A stretch of DNA of 59,021 nt from a virus. Its lineage: Duplodnaviria > Caudoviricetes. How positions within the stretch are numbered: position 1 is the stretch's first letter; each line of letters begins with the position of its first letter. The stretch covers positions 1 through 59,021 of IMG/VR virus record IMGVR_UViG_3300006329_000017; one strand, given 5' to 3'. The position numbers were made by a program, and so were the translations under genes. Shown piece after piece: positions 27,094 to 35,957 of the stretch. The notes under the pieces are model-generated. The model made no database searches and was not told the origin of the DNA. It saw nothing but the letters and a program-made list of their open reading frames with translations.

Positions 27094-27498
27094 TTACTTT
27101 GTATCTGGGACTATCTTCACAGGACCTTGCTCTATTCTAATGGTCTGTGCAGGTGCAGTTTCTGATGCTTTAGCTATAAGAAACTCCATATCTTTCTTAG
27201 ATATGTTAGCTCCTCCATTACCATTGTCACCATTCTTTTTCTTACCTCCTGCAGCGACCCCGAAGGTAGCTAAAGTTCCTGTGAACACCGAAGCTATGAA
27301 AGTTGGATCAATTCTTTCTCCTCGTTCGTAACCTGGTATTTTAACATAATTTAAAGTTAAAATTCCTGCGGACCAGACGAGAACGACTACTCTTATTAAA
27401 GTCGCTAAGTATTGGAGTTGTTCCTCCTTATCGTCAACTTTCTCTTTTAGTTTACCGAGGATACCTTTTGGTTTTTCCTCTTTCTTTATTTCAGCCAT
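27094..27498 (-). CDS. Two-TM membrane protein (holin-like topology)
   Basis: LIRVVVLVWSAGILTL and FIASVFTGTLATFGV; GATAAATA upstream. Confidence 0.75.
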   Translation of the reverse strand: MAEIKKEEKPKGILGKLKEKVDDKEEQLQYLATLIRVVVLVWSAGILTLNYVKIPGYERGERIDPTFIASVFTGTLATFGVAAGGKKKNGDNGNGGANISKKDMEFLIAKASETAPAQTIRIEQGPVKIVPDTK

Positions 27499-27519
27499 AA
27501 ATCATCACAACCTCTCAGC

Positions 27520-28974
27520 CTATTTATCAAATAAATTATTACCAATTACTAAATCGTCTATACCTTTCTTAGAAAACATCTCCTTCGCCTCCCAAATCCT
27601 AGACGCTATGGGCGATCCCCCGATATTTAAGGAAGTATTAAGAAGTACAGAGTCACCTGTGATTTCTTTATATTTCCTTAAGAGTCTAGCAAAACTATCA
27701 TCACCATCAACTGTCTGAATCCTACAAGATCCATCTACATGTGTGACTGATGTGAGTTCTTTATCTAATACGGGTACTGATGTGTTCATGTACGGGGAGT
27801 CACCATCGTAATCAAAATACTTAGAGGTATCTTCCTTCAGTACAGCAGCACCAAATGGTCTAAATCCTTCTCTATGCTTGACTCTTTCGTTAAGAAACTG
27901 CTTGGCCCTGCGGTTCCTTGCTTGCATCAAAATACTTCTATGCCCTAGAGCACGGGGACCAATCTCTCCATGTCCCTGATACCAAGCTACTATCCTACCA
28001 AGACTTAACTGTAGTGCTGCCTTCTCTATAGTCCTATCATCTGGTTCATCCTCTGGTGCTTCATCATCTTGCCAGAATGGGAACCCTTCATTACTAAATG
28101 GTTCTTCATGGAACCTTCTTCTTAAAAATTCTACTGCTCCTAAGGATAAACCACAGTCATTTGCATGAGGTGGTATCAGGACTTGCTGACCTGTTTTCCT
28201 GATCTTACCATTAAAGTTGCAATTCTGTGCAACACCACCACTATACCCAATGATGTCATCGCCACCAACGGGATGGCTGAGATATAAAGCAAGCTGGTCT
28301 CCAGTGTATTCATGAACTGTCCTTAACCAATTGATATCAAAGTCTTTATCCCACTTCCTATGCCAAGATTTGTAATTCCATATAGATTTTATGTTAGTAA
28401 AACCGTAGTGAGATATTTTATCATAGTACTCTTTATCTATAAGACCATAGGCAGCAAGTCCCATGACTTTACCTGCTAAATCTAATCCTTGTGGGTCTGC
28501 TTTTAGTCCTACCTGTATACCTACGTTAGCCATCTCCTTACCGATGGATCCATATTCCTCTGCACTATGAGTCAGTGACACTTTCTCACCCTGTATCAGG
28601 GAGAATGAGTGGTCATCATTACCAAACCCATCATAAACATAACCAGTATGAGGTACTTCCCCAACTGGCCAGATGCTTAGGTGATGTGCATAGTGGTGGT
28701 CTACTGCAAACGTCCTGCAGGGAAACCCCATCTCTAATTCTCTATATGATTCTCCTTGTTCGAAATTGATATCATCTGTAATGATAGCAATAGCATCTAA
28801 ATCATCTACCTTGACACCCCAAGAGTCTAGGACATCTTCCCATTGCCATATGTTGTCCCATCCATGATGTTTTATACCGTATAACCTTTCCGTTGCACAA
28901 TACTTAACCTTCTTACCGTCAGTGTAAGTAACATTGGAATCGTGGTCATCGATTCTCAATCCAAGAAACTTCAT
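27520..28974 (-). CDS. Carbamoyltransferase (NodU/CmcH/TobZ family)
   Basis: HD, DHHYAH, DGFG, GKVMGLAAYG, GGVAQN, GPRALGHRSIL, HVDGSCRIQTV, LNTSLN. Confidence 0.95.
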   Translation of the reverse strand: MKFLGLRIDDHDSNVTYTDGKKVKYCATERLYGIKHHGWDNIWQWEDVLDSWGVKVDDLDAIAIITDDINFEQGESYRELEMGFPCRTFAVDHHYAHHLSIWPVGEVPHTGYVYDGFGNDDHSFSLIQGEKVSLTHSAEEYGSIGKEMANVGIQVGLKADPQGLDLAGKVMGLAAYGLIDKEYYDKISHYGFTNIKSIWNYKSWHRKWDKDFDINWLRTVHEYTGDQLALYLSHPVGGDDIIGYSGGVAQNCNFNGKIRKTGQQVLIPPHANDCGLSLGAVEFLRRRFHEEPFSNEGFPFWQDDEAPEDEPDDRTIEKAALQLSLGRIVAWYQGHGEIGPRALGHRSILMQARNRRAKQFLNERVKHREGFRPFGAAVLKEDTSKYFDYDGDSPYMNTSVPVLDKELTSVTHVDGSCRIQTVDGDDSFARLLRKYKEITGDSVLLNTSLNIGGSPIASRIWEAKEMFSKKGIDDLVIGNNLFDK

Positions 28975-29384
28975 TCAGCAGCGACCTTCTTCTTCCCAAT
29001 ATTATATTTGGATTCTAAAGTCCAGTCTCCTTTATCTTTATAACTAAGTACCTTGATCTGATTCAGAGGTGCTATCTCTGTGGGTTGAGTTGCTAGTTCT
29101 ACTAGACCCCAATCAAATAGTAGTTTTGTAATTCTGTTCCTACGTTCTACATCGTTCTTAGTTATGTTTGCAGGTTTACCATCTAGTGCAAACAGTTCCT
29201 TAAAATGAACTATGTAATACTTGCCCTTCTTGTGTAGGATATGGCAAGATTGATAGAGTTTTTTCTCTTTCCTTGATGCTACACCTATTCTAGTAAGTGT
29301 CTCTCTTATTTTGAGAAAGTCATCAGGTTCTTTTAATGAAACCTCAAGCATCATATCTTGAGACCAGTTGATCTCGTCACTCAT
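28971..29384 (-). CDS. regA: Translational repressor
   Basis: DDFLKIRETLTRIG, QSCHILHK, IVHFKELF. Confidence 0.97.
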   Translation of the reverse strand: MSDEINWSQDMMLEVSLKEPDDFLKIRETLTRIGVASRKEKKLYQSCHILHKKGKYYIVHFKELFALDGKPANITKNDVERRNRITKLLFDWGLVELATQPTEIAPLNQIKVLSYKDKGDWTLESKYNIGKKKVAAE

Positions 29385-29773
29385 TTTATTCCTCCAGTAT
29401 CAAGTTTCGCTTTGATGACTTCTAATTCTTCTTTTGAGAGTATAGAAAGAGCAGTTCTAGCTTTCTCATTACTATATCCATAGAACTCTTTAACGAGTTC
29501 CAAATCATTATCAGTCGATTGTTTTTGCCAAGGAGAAAATCTCTTTGATTTCCTAATACTATATAGAAAATAATGATATTGGAGAGCGTTATCTAAGTTA
29601 TAATATCGATTCATTTCATTGACATGAATGATACAGTCCATGTGACTAGATAACATCTTGTTAACCACATACTTAGGATACTTCTTCATAGCACGTTCAT
29701 TGTCCTCAAGTTTTCCCATCTTAAGGTTGATGCCATTTAGATAATCTTTTAGGGGAAACTCAAACTCTGCCAT
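29381..29773 (-). CDS. gp62: Clamp loader small subunit
   Basis: VNEMN, LVKEFYGYSNEKA; lies between g44 and regA. Confidence 0.9.
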   Translation of the reverse strand: MAEFEFPLKDYLNGINLKMGKLEDNERAMKKYPKYVVNKMLSSHMDCIIHVNEMNRYYNLDNALQYHYFLYSIRKSKRFSPWQKQSTDNDLELVKEFYGYSNEKARTALSILSKEELEVIKAKLDTGGIK

Positions 29774-30620
29774 AAAGTAATGCCTCAAGTGGATTTGGTG
29801 GTTGTATATCGTAGTTTGATATCAGCAGTTCTTGCTTCTTATTATTAGCACGATGCTGCATACCATACGTTAGTGTAAAATATTTCTGGTTATAGTTACT
29901 ATATAATTTTTCTATCTCATCGTCAACATTGTATGTAATCATCCATCTGTATGCACATACACTACAGTCATCATAGAATCTCTGGTGATCAAAGTTCTTA
30001 TGCAGATCTGCTTTGGTACCATATAAAAACGATTTGATTTTGTATGGTGGATCTAAGAACACAAATGGATTAGGATGCTGATCGTTATCAAGTTCATCTT
30101 CCATCAAGTCTTTGTAATCTAAGTTGGTAATAGTCCAGTTCTTTATGATATCTGGATACTTTCTAAGATTACCTGCACCTCTAAGAGAAAAGTTCTGATT
30201 AGATGCTGATTCAGAGAACGCAGAGTTCTCAGTTAAGCCAGAATAAGAACACTTATTAAGAACCCAAAAAAGAACAGCTTGGCGAAAAGAGTCTGCGGTT
30301 TGTATCTCATCTTTTGCTCCATTAAATAGAGACTTTGCTGAGATTGGGTCAGGATGATCCTTTTTGATAGCAATGCAAGCATCTGATAAGTCTTGTCCAT
30401 CTGATTGTAATACTCTCCAGAAATTATAAAGGTAATCATATTTGTCGTTCACCCATACTGGTACGTCAGGGTGTAACTGACTATAGTATAGTGCCATGGA
30501 AGCACCACCTATGAAAGGTTCTCTGTACTCCTCAATTTGAGCAGGAAACCATTTATATAACTGTGCTGCTGCCCTTGATTTACCACCAGGATAGCGTAGT
30601 GGAGTCTTCAGTAGTTTCAT
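29760..30620 (-). CDS. dam: DNA adenine methyltransferase (Dam/D12 alpha class)
   Basis: RYPGGKS, EPFIGG, FLDPPY. Confidence 0.9.
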   Translation of the reverse strand: MKLLKTPLRYPGGKSRAAAQLYKWFPAQIEEYREPFIGGASMALYYSQLHPDVPVWVNDKYDYLYNFWRVLQSDGQDLSDACIAIKKDHPDPISAKSLFNGAKDEIQTADSFRQAVLFWVLNKCSYSGLTENSAFSESASNQNFSLRGAGNLRKYPDIIKNWTITNLDYKDLMEDELDNDQHPNPFVFLDPPYKIKSFLYGTKADLHKNFDHQRFYDDCSVCAYRWMITYNVDDEIEKLYSNYNQKYFTLTYGMQHRANNKKQELLISNYDIQPPNPLEALLYGRV

Positions 30621-31234
30621 AATACATGCATTTGTGCCATGGGTACACCCATTGGCCCTGCGTTCACTCTACCATGGGGCAAAGTATTAAATGACATGGT
30701 GTATCTATCAGCACCTTCTGGATTAGGATTACTAAAGTGACGTAACCAACCAGGAAATACTAATAGTTTACCACGTTCTGCTTGGAAGTTTTCATAAGGA
30801 CCACCAAAATCATCACGAATTATTTCGAGTGTGTCGAGGTTCCTTATATCTACTGGGTCTTGGAAAACAGTGTCCGAACCTTCTGTGAAATAGAAGACCC
30901 CAGAGAGATAGCTATAAGGGTGACGATGCAAAGGATGACCAGCCCCTGATCCAGAGGGTGAGAAGTTTGCCCATGCGAGCGAGATTCTGAGTTCATCGAC
31001 TTGGAGGAAGAGTTCTGATCTGACATCATCTACAGCATCTAAAAAAAAATTAATTAAAGGTTCCATCTCTGGATCCTTATGTATGTCACCTCTGCTAGTG
31101 CGAACACCTGCAGGGTAATTATACATTTGCATATCAAGAGTCTTAATAAACTCAAGTGCTTGGTCTATTGCTTGGTCATCATCGATACGATACTCCCAAA
31201 CTCTAGTAGGAAATATGTCATGGTGTGTCTTCAT
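30617..31234 (-). CDS. 2OG-Fe(II) oxygenase (TIGR02466-like)
   Basis: WAN...HPLHRH...LSGVFY...FPGWLRH...RYTMSFN. Confidence 0.88.
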   Translation of the reverse strand: MKTHHDIFPTRVWEYRIDDDQAIDQALEFIKTLDMQMYNYPAGVRTSRGDIHKDPEMEPLINFFLDAVDDVRSELFLQVDELRISLAWANFSPSGSGAGHPLHRHPYSYLSGVFYFTEGSDTVFQDPVDIRNLDTLEIIRDDFGGPYENFQAERGKLLVFPGWLRHFSNPNPEGADRYTMSFNTLPHGRVNAGPMGVPMAQMHVL

Positions 31235-32172
31235 TTAAACTCGCAACGCATCATTAACTCTGTAAGAAATGCCACAAGATTAATTTCCTGATCCATGACA
31301 AAGGTTGCTTTGTACTGGTACTCACCAATAACTAGCACTGCTTCTGGAATAGATTTAGGAAGCAGATATGTATAGAGGTTATCGTAGATCTTACGCATGA
31401 TAACTTGTGGTTCATTATCTATATTAGATGAGACCCACTTCTTCATACTTGTAAACTCACGGTCTCTAAGATACCCTATAAGGTCACTGATCTTAACATC
31501 ACTAACCTGTGCCAGAATACCTGTATCAATTTTACCTCTAGCAGCATACCTCTGCAACTCATTAAGAGTTCTTCTAAAGTCAGGAAAATGTTTTTGTATT
31601 ACTTCTGCAACTACCTTGAGTTCGAACTCTATATTCTCTTGCTCAAGTATAGAATTAATTCTTTTAAGGAATGCACTTGCTAACTGTGCTTTCTCCTTAC
31701 CTTTGATATGAAAATCAACTACAGAACACCTAGAATGTAGAGGTTCTATGATCTTATTTTTATAATTACATGTGAAGATGAACCGACAGTTCTTTTGGAA
31801 CTCCTCAATCGACGCACGGAGTAAGAGTTGTACGTCTGGGGTCGTATTATCTGCCTCATCCACAATGATAATCTTGTGACTAGACCCAGATGTAAGAGAA
31901 ACAGTACTAGCAAAGGTCTTTGCCTTATTGCGTACAGTGTCCAAGAATCTACCTTCATCAGACCCATTAATGACATAAAAATCTGCTCCTAATTCTCTAC
32001 ATAATGCCTTAGCAATAGTAGTTTTACCGATCCCTGCAGGACCTGACAACAATAGATTAGGGATCTCACCTTGCTCTAAGAATCCTTTAAACATTTTCTT
32101 GGATTCATCAGGCAAGATGCAATCATCCACCTTTTCGGGTCGATATTTCTCAACCCATAAAAAATCATTCAT
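31231..32172 (-). CDS. gp44: Clamp loader large subunit
   Basis: WVEKYRP, GPAGIGKTT, DEAD, LHSRC, PDFRR. Confidence 0.97.
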   Translation of the reverse strand: MNDFLWVEKYRPEKVDDCILPDESKKMFKGFLEQGEIPNLLLSGPAGIGKTTIAKALCRELGADFYVINGSDEGRFLDTVRNKAKTFASTVSLTSGSSHKIIIVDEADNTTPDVQLLLRASIEEFQKNCRFIFTCNYKNKIIEPLHSRCSVVDFHIKGKEKAQLASAFLKRINSILEQENIEFELKVVAEVIQKHFPDFRRTLNELQRYAARGKIDTGILAQVSDVKISDLIGYLRDREFTSMKKWVSSNIDNEPQVIMRKIYDNLYTYLLPKSIPEAVLVIGEYQYKATFVMDQEINLVAFLTELMMRCEFK

Positions 32173-32192
32173 AATAAAAAAATCAAAAAAGG

Positions 32193-32318
32193 TTAACGAC
32201 GTTTGGAAAACTTGTTATCCATCTTTATCTTAACATAATACATTCCAATTATCCATAGGGAAAATAATAATCCCTCAAAATAACCCATGGTATTCCATGC
32301 TTCTACAGCAGCATTCAT
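32193..32318 (-). CDS. 41-aa single-TM protein (below track cutoff)
   Basis: MNAAVEAWNTMGYFEGLLFSLWIIGMYYVKIKMDNKFSKRR; ATGA overlap. Confidence 0.65.
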   Translation of the reverse strand: MNAAVEAWNTMGYFEGLLFSLWIIGMYYVKIKMDNKFSKRR

Positions 32319-33220
32319 TTCACATACTCCTCATGTAATTCACACCCAATATAATGTCTATTGAGTGATTGTGCAACCCTTGCAGTAGTTCCTGATCCTA
32401 TAAAAGGATCAAGAATAATATCACCCTCTTTACTACCTGCCTTAATGCAAGGTTCGATTAAGTCAGGAGGGAATACAGCGAAGTGAGTCTTCATCTTACT
32501 AGGTTTATTAGTAACAGACCACACACTACGCTTATTCTTCTTAGGATAACTCTTAGTCAATCCAGTATGAGGGTTAAGACCAGTACCAGGATTGTGATAC
32601 TTACCACTCTTCCTATTCCTAGTACCCCAATCCTTAGCAGGTTCTTTGATTGCTTCATTATCATAGAAATACTTCTTATTCTTACTGAGTAAGAAGATAT
32701 ATTCATGTGATTTTGTGCAACGATCCCTTACTGATTCTGGCATTGGGTTTGGTTTGTGCCATATAATGTCTTGACGTAGATACCACCCATCAGCACGGAG
32801 AGCAAACGCAAGCATCCAAGGAATACCGATGAGATCTTTTTCTTTGAGTCCATCTATCTTGTTACCTCTTCTGGGACAATTAGTTGGGTGGTCTTGATCG
32901 CTAGTAGCAAGTGTTTGTTTTGCTAATGCTTGACCTTTACCAGGTCTATAGTTGTAATAACTATCACCTATGTTAACCCATAGTGTACCATCGTCAGTTA
33001 ATACATCCCTAACTGATCTGAACACTTCCACCAACTGTTGTATATATTCCTCAGGTGATTGTTCTTGACCTATTTGATTCTCTTCATCCCCATAATTTCT
33101 TAATCCATAGTAAGGAGGTGAGGTTACACACATCCTTACTTTCTCATCGATTGTCTTGAGAGTATCTCGACAATCACCAACTAATGTGACATCAATACTC
33201 ACTATCTGGCTCCAATGCAA
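32315..33220 (-). CDS. Beta-class DNA amino-methyltransferase (N4-C likely; start may be GTG at 33202)
   Basis: TSPPY motif IV before DPFIGSGTT motif I; WHKPNPMPES. Confidence 0.9.
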   Translation of the reverse strand: MHWSQIVSIDVTLVGDCRDTLKTIDEKVRMCVTSPPYYGLRNYGDEENQIGQEQSPEEYIQQLVEVFRSVRDVLTDDGTLWVNIGDSYYNYRPGKGQALAKQTLATSDQDHPTNCPRRGNKIDGLKEKDLIGIPWMLAFALRADGWYLRQDIIWHKPNPMPESVRDRCTKSHEYIFLLSKNKKYFYDNEAIKEPAKDWGTRNRKSGKYHNPGTGLNPHTGLTKSYPKKNKRSVWSVTNKPSKMKTHFAVFPPDLIEPCIKAGSKEGDIILDPFIGSGTTARVAQSLNRHYIGCELHEEYVK

Positions 33221-33893
33221 TCAGATATTCTAATGATGACACATTATCCTCAGCAGCTTTACTTATGACACCAGTAAACTTGGCAACCTTACACTCATAT
33301 ATGTCTAACTTATATGATGTACATAGTTTTCCTGGTCTTATTACACTTAGGTTCTCGATCTTGAGACAGAAACAAAACTCTCGATCAACTGAACCTAACT
33401 CTATTTCTAGAGAGTTAGATGCTGAGTTCCTTTTATCAGTGACAATAGCAGAAAGCTTGCCTTGGTTACCAGTAAAACAAATATCTGGCAACTGATAAGT
33501 GGATGCTATTCTCTGAATCTGGTTAAGGTTCGTAACGTCCAACGAAGTTGATACAACTGGGTCACCCATGTCCTGTATGGTCTCAGGAGGTTGAGTAACC
33601 ATACGTTCTTCAGCATAGTAATACTTAATAAGACTACGCTTCGAAACAATATCTACACGTTGTTCTTGGAACTCAACGTCACCATTTTCCAACGTCTTGA
33701 TACTGTTAATCAGGTTACCTAGATCATAGATCGGTGCCTGTTTCTTAAAAGTAAACGCAGGGAAATCTGCAGCAGCAAGAATGTTCTTGTTGTTTGAGAT
33801 TGTTGCAACTTTGTTGCCTGGTTTAAACACAATAGAAGGGTTAATTTCTCTGAAAGAAGTCAACACTTCCATTTCATAATCAGTAAATTTCAT
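33192..33893 (-). CDS. gp45: Sliding clamp
   Basis: FREINPSIVF, IYDL, CLKIENL, YLIALEPDS. Confidence 0.9.
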   Translation of the reverse strand: MKFTDYEMEVLTSFREINPSIVFKPGNKVATISNNKNILAAADFPAFTFKKQAPIYDLGNLINSIKTLENGDVEFQEQRVDIVSKRSLIKYYYAEERMVTQPPETIQDMGDPVVSTSLDVTNLNQIQRIASTYQLPDICFTGNQGKLSAIVTDKRNSASNSLEIELGSVDREFCFCLKIENLSVIRPGKLCTSYKLDIYECKVAKFTGVISKAAEDNVSSLEYLIALEPDSEY

Positions 33894-34201
33894 CAATAGC
33901 TTAACTCCTGAGATGGGATGTCATTAATTTGCACGTCTCCAGGATAAGATGTTCCTGAGAAGTAATATAATAGTATAGCATAATGAATGATTTTTAGCAC
34001 GTCATTTTTATGCTGTCCTTTTTTAGCATACCTAGAAGCATACTTAATAATATTGGATTGACAGAACGCTTCTGCTGTACCGATAGCCTCAAGTAGGTCT
34101 AAGGTCTGTACACTCTTCTCATCTTTAGAATAGTGTGATCTGTATGTGCCACCAATATAGTCTTGCACAATTTTAATAGTGTCGTTTTCCCTATACTTCA
34201 T
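33893..34201 (-). CDS. DUF3310-like protein
   Basis: HY...QTLDL...FCQSNIIKYASRYAKKG...DVLKIIHY. Confidence 0.75.
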   Translation of the reverse strand: MKYRENDTIKIVQDYIGGTYRSHYSKDEKSVQTLDLLEAIGTAEAFCQSNIIKYASRYAKKGQHKNDVLKIIHYAILLYYFSGTSYPGDVQINDIPSQELSY

Positions 34202-34752
34202 GAGAATCTTTCTAGTTGAGTAAAATAAACATCATCGCATTCGACATGAGATAATGCTTCTCTGACAAATGGATTTCTAACATTTGATTGGTTCCACCAG
34301 TGAACAACTTGTCTTGTTCCTCTAGTAACTGGTCTTACTTGATGTACTATACCAGTTGGATAGACTACTGCCCATCCTGCAGGTAACTTAGTATACACCG
34401 AGTAGTCACCTAAACGCAACTCTAACTCACCACCTTCGTAATCTTCATTAAGAAACAGTGTGGTGGAGACATCGAGTCGCATACCATCTGCGTTTGTAAT
34501 TTCATCAGCGTGCCAACCATAATTATCTCCTTGGAGATATTCTTTATAGGTGAAACCTGATCTGTAATTACTGCATGTAAGGGCATCATGACCAGATCGA
34601 TCCACATACATGTCAAGGATACCATCCTCGTGACTAAATCCTTTCATTTCTATACAGGACTTGAGGTGGTTTCCCACCACCTCTGCCTGTAGATTGCTAG
34701 TAAGAACTTGGTCTATCTGTTTCTGGTTCAGAATTCTGATCTTGTGGAACAT
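34198..34752 (-). CDS. 2OG-Fe(II) oxygenase (PKHD-type)
   Basis: YGWHAD, TLFLN..YEGGEL, HQVRPVTRGTR. Confidence 0.9.
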   Translation of the reverse strand: MFHKIRILNQKQIDQVLTSNLQAEVVGNHLKSCIEMKGFSHEDGILDMYVDRSGHDALTCSNYRSGFTYKEYLQGDNYGWHADEITNADGMRLDVSTTLFLNEDYEGGELELRLGDYSVYTKLPAGWAVVYPTGIVHQVRPVTRGTRQVVHWWNQSNVRNPFVREALSHVECDDVYFTQLERFS

Positions 34753-35875
34753 ATGCGTCAGGTAGGTCTACTTTAGCGTCAATTTTGGTGTAGAGTTCTA
34801 AGAATGACTCCTTAGTCTCATCGTCAAAGCGGTTTAAACATACTTTAAGTGCCTTCATACGGTCTTTAAAGATGGCAAACGCACGGATTACATGAACCAA
34901 TCTACGAGTTGAGATTACTTCATCGACCCCACCTTCAGCGAAGGTCTTACGGATGATCTCTGCCCATGTAACAAGATTCTCTGTGTACTCATCGTCACAG
35001 CAGTTTAATTCTGTGCAATAGTTGTTAAGAATCTTCTTCTCATAGTTAACATTAGGGTATTCTTGCTCAAATGTCAAGGGGAACCTCTCTAGGAATGCTT
35101 CATTCAGTACATTAGTACCAACGAACCTACCATCGTCAGATCCTTTACCCTTAGTGTTAGCAGTTGCGATAACTGTAAATCCTGGAGCAGGTTTTACATA
35201 CTTCCCAACCTTCTTGAGGAATACACCCTTGCCTTCCAAAATTGATTGTAGGCAGAGGATTTTATTACTGGCGAGGTCAAGTTCGTCGAGTAAGAGAACT
35301 GCTCCACGTTGGAGTGCTTCGATGACAGGACCGTTATGCCAAACAGTTGACCCATCAACAAGACGGAAACCACCAATAAGATCATCTTCATCTGTTTCTA
35401 CTGTAATGTTTACACGAATAAGGTCTCTACCTAACTGAGCACATGATTGCTCTACACCGAATGTCTTACCGTTGCCAGACAATCCTGTGATGAATATAGG
35501 ATAGAAGATCTTGGATTTTATAACCTTCTTAAGGTCGTTAAATGTACCGAATGGAACATAGTTTGGATCCTTATCGGGTACTAAGTCCTTACTTGCTAAG
35601 TAGGATGGGTCAAATGAATCAACGAGTTGAGTCTTTGGTTGTGTTGACTCTTTATAAGTCTTTTCTAATGCTTCACGAACTGTGAATGTCCAGTTGCCCT
35701 TGCTTGTCTTCTGCACTAGGTTGGAACATGATCTAGTAAGTCTTGCATATATGCTAGGAGTCTTTACTCCGAAGTGTTTTGCTGCGTCTGCTACTCTCTT
35801 GCTTGTAAAATCACCCTTGTCTGGTGATAGGAAGTTTAGTAGTTCGTCATTGCTGAATGTTGATGTAAAAGGCAT
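34697..35875 (-). CDS. cobS: MoxR-like AAA+ ATPase (cyanophage 'CobS')
   Basis: GLSGNGKT, LLDE, TANTKG, NEAFLERF, STRRL. Confidence 0.9.
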   Translation of the reverse strand: MPFTSTFSNDELLNFLSPDKGDFTSKRVADAAKHFGVKTPSIYARLTRSCSNLVQKTSKGNWTFTVREALEKTYKESTQPKTQLVDSFDPSYLASKDLVPDKDPNYVPFGTFNDLKKVIKSKIFYPIFITGLSGNGKTFGVEQSCAQLGRDLIRVNITVETDEDDLIGGFRLVDGSTVWHNGPVIEALQRGAVLLLDELDLASNKILCLQSILEGKGVFLKKVGKYVKPAPGFTVIATANTKGKGSDDGRFVGTNVLNEAFLERFPLTFEQEYPNVNYEKKILNNYCTELNCCDDEYTENLVTWAEIIRKTFAEGGVDEVISTRRLVHVIRAFAIFKDRMKALKVCLNRFDDETKESFLELYTKIDAKVDLPDAYVPQDQNSEPETDRPSSY

Positions 35876-35899
35876 TGGATTTTTGTTTCTATAGTATTA

Positions 35900-35957
35900 A
35901 TGATATAGCCATATGGCTACGATATCAAGTGATAGTGGACACTAATAATAGTGTCAC
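35900..35957 (-). promoter_or_regulatory. Early promoter TTGATA-N17-TATCAT with upstream palindrome
   Basis: GACACT-ATTATT-AGTGTC-CAC ends 29 nt before the -10. Confidence 0.7.
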
